A stretch of 63,922 nt of DNA, counting the filler, from Deltaproteobacteria bacterium (lineage in GTDB: Bacteria; JAUYMQ01): NCBI GenBank assembly GCA_030698575.1. It is 7 parts of 7 records of this genome, joined end to end, with 100 filler letters (N's around TTAATTAATTAA, not from the genome) between each part and the next. Parts side by side here need not be neighbours in the genome. Positions count along the whole stretch, not along the records: positions 21,081 to 48,938 come from JAUYMQ010000337.1; positions 49,039 to 54,246 come from JAUYMQ010000350.1; 5 more parts are not named here. One strand, given 5' to 3'. The notes beneath the pieces were generated by a model. It saw only the letters and a list, made by a program, of their open reading frames with translations. It made no database searches and was not told the DNA's origin. Shown here one piece after another: positions 40,640 to 49,039 of the stretch. The translations under genes were made by a program, and so were the position numbers. Within the stretch, counting starts at the first letter, position 1. The number at the start of each line of letters is the position of its first letter.

Positions 40640-41614
40640 CTAAGGGGTCACGACGAGCTTGCCGTAGCTCTCCCGCGATCCGAGGGCGCGGAGCGCCTCG
40701 GGGAGCTGCTCGAGCGGATAGCTCTTGTAGACTACCGGGTTGATCTTGCCGTCTTCGTAGAGCTTGAAGAGCGCGTCGAAGGTCTCGGGCATGCGCTGGG
40801 GCTCGTTCACGGCGTAGGCCCCCCAATGGAGGCCCACGACGGAGATGTTCTTGAGCAGAATCCGGTTGGCCTTGATCTCCGGAATATTGCCGCTCGCGAA
40901 ACCGATCACCAGCAGCCGCCCGTTCCACGCGATGCACTTCAGCGATCGATCGAGGATGTCGCCGCCCACCGGATCGTAGATGACGTCGGCGCCCCGGCCG
41001 TCGGTCATATCGCGCACCTTCTGAACGAAATCCTCCGTCTTGTAATTGATCGTGAAGTCCGCGCCTTCCTTCTTGACGCGCTCGAGCTTGTCGTCGCTCC
41101 CCGCCGTTCCAATGACCGTCGCACCGAGCGCCTTGCCGATCTGAACGGCCGCGATCCCCACGCCGCCCGCCGCCGCATGAACGAGCAGCGTTTCGCCGGC
41201 CTGGAGATTGGCGCGGTAGACGAGCCCTGCGTAGGAGGTCGGGTAGACGATCGGAAGACCGGCCGCCTGCTCGAAGGACATTCTTTCCGGGAACTTGTAG
41301 GCCGCAATCGCCGGCACGACCGCGCGCCCGGCGTAGCCCCCCGTCGGGATGGCGCCCAGGACGCGATCGCCGACGGCGAACCCTTCGGCCTCGGGCCCCA
41401 CTTCGCGAACAACGCCGGCCACTTCGCCTCCGGGGATGAACGGGAAGGGGGGCTTCGACTGGTACTTCCCCTGGACCAGAAGGATGTCAAAGAAGTTGAC
41501 TCCGGCGGCCTTAACATCGATGCCGAGCATCCCCCGGGTTACCTCCGGCTCGGGTGCCTCCTGGACCTTCAGGTCGGCCGGCTCCATCCAGCGGTCAACA
41601 ACAATCGCTTTCAT
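40640..41614 (-). CDS. NADPH:quinone oxidoreductase (MDR/zeta-crystallin family)
   Basis: GVNFFD...GKYQSKPPFPFIPG.E, LVHAAAGGVG, YDPVGG, IGFASG. Confidence 0.92.
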   Translation of the reverse strand: MKAIVVDRWMEPADLKVQEAPEPEVTRGMLGIDVKAAGVNFFDILLVQGKYQSKPPFPFIPGGEVAGVVREVGPEAEGFAVGDRVLGAIPTGGYAGRAVVPAIAAYKFPERMSFEQAAGLPIVYPTSYAGLVYRANLQAGETLLVHAAAGGVGIAAVQIGKALGATVIGTAGSDDKLERVKKEGADFTINYKTEDFVQKVRDMTDGRGADVIYDPVGGDILDRSLKCIAWNGRLLVIGFASGNIPEIKANRILLKNISVVGLHWGAYAVNEPQRMPETFDALFKLYEDGKINPVVYKSYPLEQLPEALRALGSRESYGKLVVTP

Positions 41615-41891
41615 TGATCCTCCCTGTGTGGTGCGGCGACGAAGGAGTCTGCCGAGCTAGCGCCCCGTCCATGCAACCACCGCCCCCCGGGACGGGCGGG
41701 CGGCGTGAAACCCCCAGTCTACCCGATCGAGCACGCCATTGGCATCGTCGCTTCGATCCGGGCTCGGCATCGCGGGGAATAGCGCAGCGGTGCGTGCGTC
41801 GCGGGGTCTGGAAACGGAGCACTTTCTTTGGACCGTCGAATTGCGGTGTTATACTTCCCGCCGCGGCAGCCTATCTGCTAAGGGGCAGAGA

Positions 41892-42317
41892 ATGGGACGT
41901 CGAACTGGCCGTATGTTGATTGGATTTTCGGGTGTTCTCTTGGCCGCCGCTGTCGCGGTGTGGGCGATCGATATTTACCAGGGTCCAGGTAGAGTGGCCC
42001 AGATACTCAACATTGCTGTAGCGCCAAGATCCCTCCATGTGATGGACTGCAAGGACGGACCGATTACAGACGTATTGATAACGTGCGCAATAGAGATCGA
42101 TCCTCAAGAGTTTCCGCTGCTTCTTGCCGGGTATTCCTTTGCCAGGACTTCCACGGATGTTATTAGTTCCTCCTCCGGCTTGCCGAAGATCGGACCCGAG
42201 TTCCCTGTCAGGGCGGTATACAGCGTCTTCCCCTCAAGCTTCAAACATGGCGGTTCCGTGACAATCCTTGCAGACAGCGAGCGCAGGCGGGCGATAGTGC
42301 ATCTGTACATTGAATAG
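41892..42317 (+). CDS. Hypothetical exported protein (visibly lower GC)
   Basis: Hydrophobic N-terminal segment and a Cys pair. An extended -10 TGTTATACT lies at 41847-41855. Confidence 0.55.
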   Translation: MGRRTGRMLIGFSGVLLAAAVAVWAIDIYQGPGRVAQILNIAVAPRSLHVMDCKDGPITDVLITCAIEIDPQEFPLLLAGYSFARTSTDVISSSSGLPKIGPEFPVRAVYSVFPSSFKHGGSVTILADSERRRAIVHLYIE

Positions 42318-42468
42318 TTGCGCCTTGATCTCAGATGGAACGGACGCGCTGCCAGCGCCGTCCCGACTTCGAGTGTTGTGACGCCACAGGATCTAGTAAT
42401 CGACGCACCTTCAACATGCGTCATTGCGGCGTCTGACACCTGGCAAGAGGATTCATGCATTCCAGTCG

Positions 42469-43014
42469 TCACATGCCTGTCCCATGAAAACCGATGCGGG
42501 GGCGCGGCGGAGTCGGCGGAGGCGCCGCCAGCCGCCGGATTACGCCCACGAGTTCCCGGATCGCCGCGTCGTGCGCGCCCACGCGGCGCTCCAGTTCCGC
42601 CAGCGTGTGGACCAGTTCCTTGTGCTCGGCGACCACCTGCCGAAGTCGCACGAAGGCCCGCACGACGTACACGCTCGCTTCGACCGCCCGGCAGCTGTTC
42701 AGCACGTTCGCGGCCATGATCGTCCCATGCTCGGTGAAGGCGTAGGGTCGGTATCGAACATTCCGCTTCGAAGCGGTCACAAATTGTGACCGCATGATTT
42801 CGGCCTCTTTCAAGGTCAACCTGAAGGCGAAGTCCACGGGAAACCGTTCTGTGTTCCTCTTGACGGCTTGATTCAACACCTTCGTGGGGACGCCGTAGAG
42901 TTTCGCCAGATCCGCATCCAACAAGACCCGCTGGCCGCGAATCAGGAGGATCTGGCTCTCGATCCGCTCGACCGACGCGATGACGTGAGCCGACCCTTCT
43001 CGCCTGGAAACCAT
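42469..43014 (-). CDS. ORF6N (KilA-N-like) DNA-binding protein
   Basis: IRGQRVLLDADLAKLYGV.TK.LNQAVKRN..RFP.DF, PYAFTEHG, VVRAFVRLR and a C-terminal RPRIGF. Confidence 0.92.
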   Translation of the reverse strand: MVSRREGSAHVIASVERIESQILLIRGQRVLLDADLAKLYGVPTKVLNQAVKRNTERFPVDFAFRLTLKEAEIMRSQFVTASKRNVRYRPYAFTEHGTIMAANVLNSCRAVEASVYVVRAFVRLRQVVAEHKELVHTLAELERRVGAHDAAIRELVGVIRRLAAPPPTPPRPRIGFHGTGM

Positions 43015-43124
43015 ATTCCTCTGTGGTTGTCTTGTTCGTCTTTCCCGGCCGAGGCGTCCAGCCGGTCCGGACGATTGACACTCTCTTTCATGGCATACGG
43101 GTGCGACGAAAAAATCGTCGCGGC

Positions 43125-43196
43125 AATAGGGACGTTCACTATTCTCGCCGCTCTATGTGGCGGGGAAGCTGAAGGAAAATAGTGAACGTCCCCATT
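43125..43196. repeat. REP-like inverted repeat pair
   Basis: AATAGGGACGTTCACTATT ... AATAGTGAACGTCCCCATT (18/19 inverted match) around a 34-nt spacer. Confidence 0.7.
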
Positions 43197-43271
43197 ATCC
43201 CGTCTGGCACTGCGCTCGGGGTTCCATTATGCTGGAGCCCGCATCCAACGCCTGCAAAGGAGGGGACCCCC

Positions 43272-44213
43272 TTGGAACTCAAGGAGATCGGCAGCAATGT
43301 ATACGCCTGCCTGCAGGAGGACCGGGGGCTCGGGTGGAGCAACTCCGGACTGATCAACCGCGCCGGCGGCCTCGTGGTGGATACCTTCTGGGATCTCCCT
43401 CATACGCGCGAGTTGATCGAGAACTACAGCCGCGTGTGGAAGACGCCCGCGCGGCGAGTCGTGAACACCCACCACAACGGCGACCACTGCTGGGGGAACC
43501 AGCTCTTCGAGGGCGCCGAGATCATCGGCCACCGGCTGTGCGCCGAGGGGATGAAAGGCGAGTCGCCGGAGCTGCTCCAGATGATGAAGGGGATGGCCGG
43601 GAATGAAGACGCCGCACTGGCGGGCTTCGCCCGGGCGCTGGTTGCCTGGGATTTCGCGGGGATAACGCCCACGCCGCCGACCACATTCATCGAAGGGCGC
43701 ATGACATTGAACCTTGAAGACGTCCCCGTGCATCTCATCCACGTCGGGCCGGCGCACACGGGGGGAGACGTCATCGTCCACCTTCCCGAGCAGCGCGTCG
43801 TGTTCGCCGGTGACGTGCTCTTCCGGCGCTGCACCCCCATCGGCTGGGACGGCACCTACGCGAAATGGATCCAGGCCCTCGATGACATCGTGGCGCTCGC
43901 GCCGGAGGTCATCGTGCCGGGCCACGGTCCCCTCTGCGGCGTCGAGGGGCCGCGTGAAATGAAGGCCTATCTCGAGTATGTGCGGAGCGAATCGAAGAGA
44001 TTCTTCGACGAGGGGGTTCCGGCAATCGAGGCGTCGCGGCGCATCGATCTGGGCCCCTACGCCGGCTGGACCGAACCCGCCCGGATCATCTTCAATGTCG
44101 AGCGAGCCTACCGTGAGTTGCGGGGTGACCCCTACGATGCGCCCATCGATGCGCAGGAAATCATCCGTAACATGTTCACCCTCCAGCAAGAACCGAAGTT
44201 CGCCCGCGCCTGA
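43272..44213 (+). CDS. Metallo-beta-lactamase-fold hydrolase (cyclase-like)
   Basis: NTHHNGDHCWGN, GPAHTGGD, FAGD, VPGHGP. TTG start after AAAGGAGG. Confidence 0.88.
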   Translation: MELKEIGSNVYACLQEDRGLGWSNSGLINRAGGLVVDTFWDLPHTRELIENYSRVWKTPARRVVNTHHNGDHCWGNQLFEGAEIIGHRLCAEGMKGESPELLQMMKGMAGNEDAALAGFARALVAWDFAGITPTPPTTFIEGRMTLNLEDVPVHLIHVGPAHTGGDVIVHLPEQRVVFAGDVLFRRCTPIGWDGTYAKWIQALDDIVALAPEVIVPGHGPLCGVEGPREMKAYLEYVRSESKRFFDEGVPAIEASRRIDLGPYAGWTEPARIIFNVERAYRELRGDPYDAPIDAQEIIRNMFTLQQEPKFARA

Positions 44214-44244
44214 GCGGCGCGCCCGGCTTCGCCCCGGGCCGAGC

Positions 44245-45660
44245 ATGTCCCGCGCGGTCTTTGCCGCCGGCTGTCTCGTGTTCCTCCTTGGCTGCCGGAC
44301 GACGGCCGAGGCGCCCGATCTGGCCGGCCTGTACAACCGGGCGGCGAGCTATCACGGCGCCGATCGCAATCCCATCATCGTCATCCCCGGCATTCTCGGC
44401 TCGAGGCTTGTCGACGCTCCCACTGGGCGGACCGTCTGGGGCGCCTTCAGCGGCGACTACGCCAACCCCCAGAAGCCCGATGGCGCCCGCCTCCTGGCGC
44501 TTCCCATGGAAGAGGGCGTGCCGCTCGGGGATCTCCGCGACGAGGTCGCGCCCAAGGGGGTGCTCGACCGGATCAAGGTGCGCGTGTTCGGGGTGCCGGT
44601 CGAGCAGAAAGCCTACCTGAACATCCTGGGAACTCTCGGCGTGGGCGGCTACCGGGACGAGGATCTCGGCCTGTCCGGCGCCATCGACTACGGCAACGAT
44701 CACTACACCTGCTTCCAGTTCTCCTACGACTGGCGCCGTGACAACGTCGAGAACGCGAAGCGCCTCCACGCGTTCATCCTGGAGAAGCGCGCTTACGTCC
44801 AGAAAGAGATCGAAAAGCGCCACGGCGTGAAGAACGCCGACGTGAAGTTCGACATCATCGCCCACTCGATGGGCGGACTCGTCACGCGCTACTACCTCAT
44901 GTACGGGACGCAGGATCTCCCGGAGAAGGGCGTCCCGAAGATCAGCTGGGCGGGAAGCCGTTACGTGGAGCGGGCGATCCTTCTCGGCACGCCGAATGCC
45001 GGCTCGACGGAGGCCATCATCCAGCTCGTGCAAGGAGTGAAGTTCGCGCCGATCCTCCCGCGATACGAACCCGCGGTGCTGGGGACGATGCCCTCGATCT
45101 ACGAGCTTCTTCCGCGCGCGCGCCACGGGGCGCTGGTGGATGCGTCGGATCCGGGCCGGAAGCTTGACGTGCTCGACCCCGATCTCTGGGAGCGGATGGG
45201 GTGGGGGCTCGCCGATCCTGCCCAGGACGGCGTCCTCCGGAAGCTCTTGCCGGAAGTTCCCGATGCAGCGGCGCGGCGGCGCATCGCACTGGATCAGCAG
45301 CGCAAGTCGCTGCGCCGCGCGGGGCGCTTCTTCGAGGCGATCGACCGGCCCGCCTCGCCTCCCGACGGGCTCACGCTGCACCTGATCGCGGGCGACGCCG
45401 TGCAGACCACCCAGGTGATCGCGGCGGACAGCGCAACGGGAGAGATCGAGGTCATCGCCCGCGGCCCGGGGGACGGCACGGTGCTCCGGAGCAGCGCCCT
45501 CATGGACGAGCGCGCCGGCGGCAATTGGCAGTCGGCGCTGCGTTCGCCCATCGACTGGCGATCGGCGCTCTTTCTCTTTACGGATCACCTCGCGCTGACG
45601 CGGGATCCGGCGTTCACCGACAACATCCTGTACCTACTTCTCGAAGAACCTCGCCGCTAG
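44245..45660 (+). CDS. Lipoprotein lipase/acyltransferase (LCAT-like alpha/beta hydrolase)
   Basis: Lipobox LLGC, IPGILGSRL, YDWRR, AHSMGG, GTPNAGS, GDGTV. Confidence 0.82.
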   Translation: MSRAVFAAGCLVFLLGCRTTAEAPDLAGLYNRAASYHGADRNPIIVIPGILGSRLVDAPTGRTVWGAFSGDYANPQKPDGARLLALPMEEGVPLGDLRDEVAPKGVLDRIKVRVFGVPVEQKAYLNILGTLGVGGYRDEDLGLSGAIDYGNDHYTCFQFSYDWRRDNVENAKRLHAFILEKRAYVQKEIEKRHGVKNADVKFDIIAHSMGGLVTRYYLMYGTQDLPEKGVPKISWAGSRYVERAILLGTPNAGSTEAIIQLVQGVKFAPILPRYEPAVLGTMPSIYELLPRARHGALVDASDPGRKLDVLDPDLWERMGWGLADPAQDGVLRKLLPEVPDAAARRRIALDQQRKSLRRAGRFFEAIDRPASPPDGLTLHLIAGDAVQTTQVIAADSATGEIEVIARGPGDGTVLRSSALMDERAGGNWQSALRSPIDWRSALFLFTDHLALTRDPAFTDNILYLLLEEPRR

Positions 45661-45674
45661 ACGAGGAAGCAGGC

Positions 45675-46687
45675 ATGCCCGCGATCCCTCACGTCTCGAT
45701 TCTCCTCCCCGCCCGCGACGCCGGGTCCACGCTCGCCGCGTGCCTCCGCAGCGTCTCGCGCCAGACTCTCGCTGATTGGGAGTGCGTCGTCGTGGACGAC
45801 GGCTCAACGGACGCGACGGCGACGATTGCGCGACGGTTCGCGCGGGGCGATCCCCGCTTCAGCACGGTCACCACCGCCCGACGTGGGCTCGTCCCGGCGC
45901 TTGCCGAGGGGCTCTCGCGCTGCCGTGGCGCGCTCATCGCGCGCATGGACGCCGACGATCTCATGCACCGCAGGCGTCTCGATGCGCAGTGCGCCGCGAT
46001 GGAGGGCGACCCGACACTCTCCGCCGTGGGGTGCCACGTGCGTCTGTTCCCGCGGGCGCGGCTCACGGCGGGCCTGCGCGACTACGAGCGCTGGCTGAAC
46101 GGCATTGCCTCGGCCGAACAACTCCGCGCCGAGGCCTTCGTCGAGTGCCCGCTGGTGCACCCCACCCTCATGATCCGGCGCCGCGTGCTGACGGAGTTCG
46201 GATACCGCGACCGCGGATGGCCGGAGGACTACGATCTGGTATTGCGGCTGCTCGGAGCGGGGCATCGCATCGGGATGGTCTCGTCGCGGCATCTCTCCTG
46301 GCGGGACGGGCCCGACAGGCTCTGGCGGACGAGCCCGGCCTACGCTCTCGATCGGTTCCTGGCGGTGAAGGCGCACTTCCTCGCCGAAGGATTCCTGCGT
46401 GAGGGCGAGCGGTACGCCCTGTGGGGCTACGGGCATACGGCCAAGGGGCTCCGGCGGGCGCTGGCCGGGGAGGGGGGAAGCTGCCCGCCTACATCGTGGA
46501 AATGCACCCGGGGAGGATCGGACGGCGGATCCACGGCTCGCCGGTGGTGAGTCCGGAAGCGCTGCCGGGTCTTCCCCGGCTGCCTATAGTCGTTTCTGTG
46601 GCGAGGGAAAAGCCGCGAAATGAGATTCGCGCGGCCCTCGAGGAGATGAAATTCAGGGAGACTGCCGACTTCGTCTGCGCGGCCTGA
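45675..46687 (+). pseudogene. GT2 glycosyltransferase, frameshifted in a G-run at 46467-46477
   Basis: VVVDDGSTD, ARMDADD, PEDYDL in the first frame. The natural C-terminus (KLPAYIVEMHPGRIG...DFVCAA) continues in another frame after GGGGAGGGGGG. Confidence 0.8.
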
Positions 46688-46694
46688 GCGGACG

Positions 46695-48116
46695 TCAGGC
46701 CTTCAGTTCCTTCAGGACGTCGGCGATGACTTGCTTTGCGTCTCCGAAGCACATGACCGTATTGTTGTTGTCAAACAGCGCATTTCGAATACCGGCGAAG
46801 CCGGGACTCAGCGATCGCTTGACGACGACGACGGTCCGCGCCTCGTGGACGTTCAGGATGGGCATGCCGTAGATCGGGCTCGACTTGTCATTGAGCGCAG
46901 CGGGGTTCACGACGTCGTTCGCACCGAGCACGATCGCGACGTCGAAGGATTTGAACTCGGGGTTGATGTCCTGCATCTCGATGAGCTGATCGTAGGGAAC
47001 GTCGGCTTCCGCCAGCAGGACGTTCATGTGGCCCGGCATCCGCCCGGCCACGGGATGAATCGCGTATTGCACGCGCGTGCCTCGCGCCTGGAGAAAGTCG
47101 GCAAGCTCGCGCGTGATGTGCTGGGCGCGCGCGACGGCCAGGCCGTAGCCCGGGACGAAGACCACGCCGGTCGCGTCTTCCAGAAGCATCGCCACTTCGT
47201 CCGGCCCCGCTTCCTTGACGTTCGTGTAGCCGGCCTGGGCCGCCGCCGACACCTCGCCGCCGAACCTGCCGAAGAACACGCTTATGGTCGACCGGTTCAT
47301 CGCCTTGCACATGATCTCCGTCAGGATGAGACCCGACGCACCCACGAGCGAGCCCGCGATGATGAGCAGGTAGTTGGAGAGCACGAATCCCGCCATCGCA
47401 CCCGCGATGCCCGAGAGGCTGTTGAGGAACGCGATCACCACCGGCATGTCGGCACCGCCGATCGGCATCACCATGGCCACACCCAGGAGAAACGAAATGC
47501 CCATGAGCACGAAGAAGAGCGTCGTGGTGGTCGCGTCCGTGAAGGGCACGACCGTGAGCACGCCTGCCAGAGCGAGGGAGGCGATGAGGCTCACGAGGGT
47601 CAGGTAGTTGCCTCCCGGGAGTCGCATCGCCCGCTCGATGGCCGTGCCGCGAAGCTTGAGATAAGCGATGTAGCTCCCGGAGAAAGTTGCGGCGCCGACG
47701 ATGAGCGTCAGCTCTCCGGTGACGGCGGTCTGGTATCCGCCGAAGAGGCTCGCCAGGCTCTCGGAGTTGCTGGAAGGATGCTTTTGAAACTCCTGAAAGA
47801 GGATGGAGACCGCCACGAGGGCCGAGGCGGCCCCGCCGAATCCGTTGAGCAATCCCACCATCTCCGGCATGGACGTCATCGGGACCCGCACGGCCACGAC
47901 GGCGCCGACGGCCGAGCCGATCAGGAGCCCCGCCAGGATGTAGCGGTAGTCGACCGCAGCGGCGTCGATCAGTGTGACGACGATTGCGAGGAACATGCCG
48001 ACGGCGGCGAGCGTGTTGCCTCGACGCGCGGTCCTCACCTTCCCGAGGTCGCGCAGGCCGAGGATGAAGAGCGAGGCGGCGACGAGATAACCGAGCGGAA
48101 TCCAGGCGGTCTCCAC
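46695..48116 (-). CDS. pntB: NAD(P) transhydrogenase beta subunit
   Basis: IGGADMPVVI..LNS, MCKAMNRS, VPGYG, HPVAGRMPGHMNVLLAEA, GANDVVNP, GMPIL. Confidence 0.96.
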   Translation of the reverse strand: METAWIPLGYLVAASLFILGLRDLGKVRTARRGNTLAAVGMFLAIVVTLIDAAAVDYRYILAGLLIGSAVGAVVAVRVPMTSMPEMVGLLNGFGGAASALVAVSILFQEFQKHPSSNSESLASLFGGYQTAVTGELTLIVGAATFSGSYIAYLKLRGTAIERAMRLPGGNYLTLVSLIASLALAGVLTVVPFTDATTTTLFFVLMGISFLLGVAMVMPIGGADMPVVIAFLNSLSGIAGAMAGFVLSNYLLIIAGSLVGASGLILTEIMCKAMNRSTISVFFGRFGGEVSAAAQAGYTNVKEAGPDEVAMLLEDATGVVFVPGYGLAVARAQHITRELADFLQARGTRVQYAIHPVAGRMPGHMNVLLAEADVPYDQLIEMQDINPEFKSFDVAIVLGANDVVNPAALNDKSSPIYGMPILNVHEARTVVVVKRSLSPGFAGIRNALFDNNNTVMCFGDAKQVIADVLKELKA

Positions 48117-48120
48117 GGAA

Positions 48121-48405
48121 CTACCTCTTCTTCTTGAACATGCGGAGCATGCGGTCGGTGACCATGAAGCCGCCGACGACGTTGATTGTGGCGAAGGCGA
48201 TCGCGAGGAACCCGAGGATGTTGGCGACGCTCGCTTCGCCCGTCCGGGCGCAGAAAAGGGCGCCCACCAGCGTGATGCCCGAGATGGCGTTGGACCCCGA
48301 CATGAGGGGCGTGTGGAGCGTCGGCGGGATCTTAGTGATCACCTCGAATCCGATGAAGATGGCCAGGACGAAGACGTAGAGACCGATGACGAAGGTCGAG
48401 ATCAT
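48121..48405 (-). CDS. pntA: NAD(P) transhydrogenase alpha subunit part 2
   Basis: VITKIPPTLHTPLMSGSNAISG, NVVGGFMVTDRML. Confidence 0.95.
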   Translation of the reverse strand: MISTFVIGLYVFVLAIFIGFEVITKIPPTLHTPLMSGSNAISGITLVGALFCARTGEASVANILGFLAIAFATINVVGGFMVTDRMLRMFKKKR

Positions 48406-48938
48406 GGCTGCTTGCCTCCCGAGGCCAGAGCCTCCCGGGTGGCTGCGTGGAGCACCTCGCCGTTGTGAGTGATGAGCGAACCGGCCACCAGCTCGTCCTC
48501 GAGGTCAAACACCAGGGCGCCGTCCTTCAGGAGGGACTGCACCACGTTCAGGACGTTGCGTGCGTACATGTCGGTCGCGTCGACGGGGACGAGCGCCGGC
48601 ACGTTTTCCCGCGCGATGATCGTCACGCCGCCGCTGCGCACCACCTTGTCGCGTTCGCCCAGTTCGCAGTTGCCGCCCGTCTCGATCGCAAGGTCAACCA
48701 CCACGGAGCCTTCCCGCATTTCGCGCACCATGTCGGCCGTGATGAGCTTCGGGGCGGGCTTTCCGGGGATGCTCGCCGTGGTGACGACCACGTCGGCCGC
48801 GACGATGCGCGATCGAACCATCTCGCGCTGTCGCTTGAGGTACTCTTCGGTCTGCTCGCGTGCGTAGCCGTCCTTGTCGGCGATCTCGCCTTCTACCTGC
48901 GGCGGCTCGATGAACCGGGCGCCGAGGCTCTCGACTTC
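48402..48938 (-). CDS. pntA: NAD(P) transhydrogenase alpha subunit part 1, 5' truncated
   Basis: DVVVTTASIPGKPAPKLIT, GSVVVDLAIETGGNCE. The frame is open to the contig end. Confidence 0.93.
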   Translation of the reverse strand, partial: EVESLGARFIEPPQVEGEIADKDGYAREQTEEYLKRQREMVRSRIVAADVVVTTASIPGKPAPKLITADMVREMREGSVVVDLAIETGGNCELGERDKVVRSGGVTIIARENVPALVPVDATDMYARNVLNVVQSLLKDGALVFDLEDELVAGSLITHNGEVLHAATREALASGGKQP

Positions 48939-49038
48939 NNNNNNNNNNNNNNNNNNNNNNNNNNNNNNNNNNNNNNNNNNNNTTAATTAATTAANNNNNN
49001 NNNNNNNNNNNNNNNNNNNNNNNNNNNNNNNNNNNNNN
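48939..49038. other. Artificial contig spacer
   Basis: N44-TTAATTAATTAA-N44. Confidence 0.99.
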
Positions 49039-49039
49039 G

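Noticed and set aside
40320-40937. N-terminal extension of the 698-aa ORF
   Set aside because: It overlaps the quinone oxidoreductase in another frame and is low-complexity Arg/Pro text. The real start is ATG 40319.
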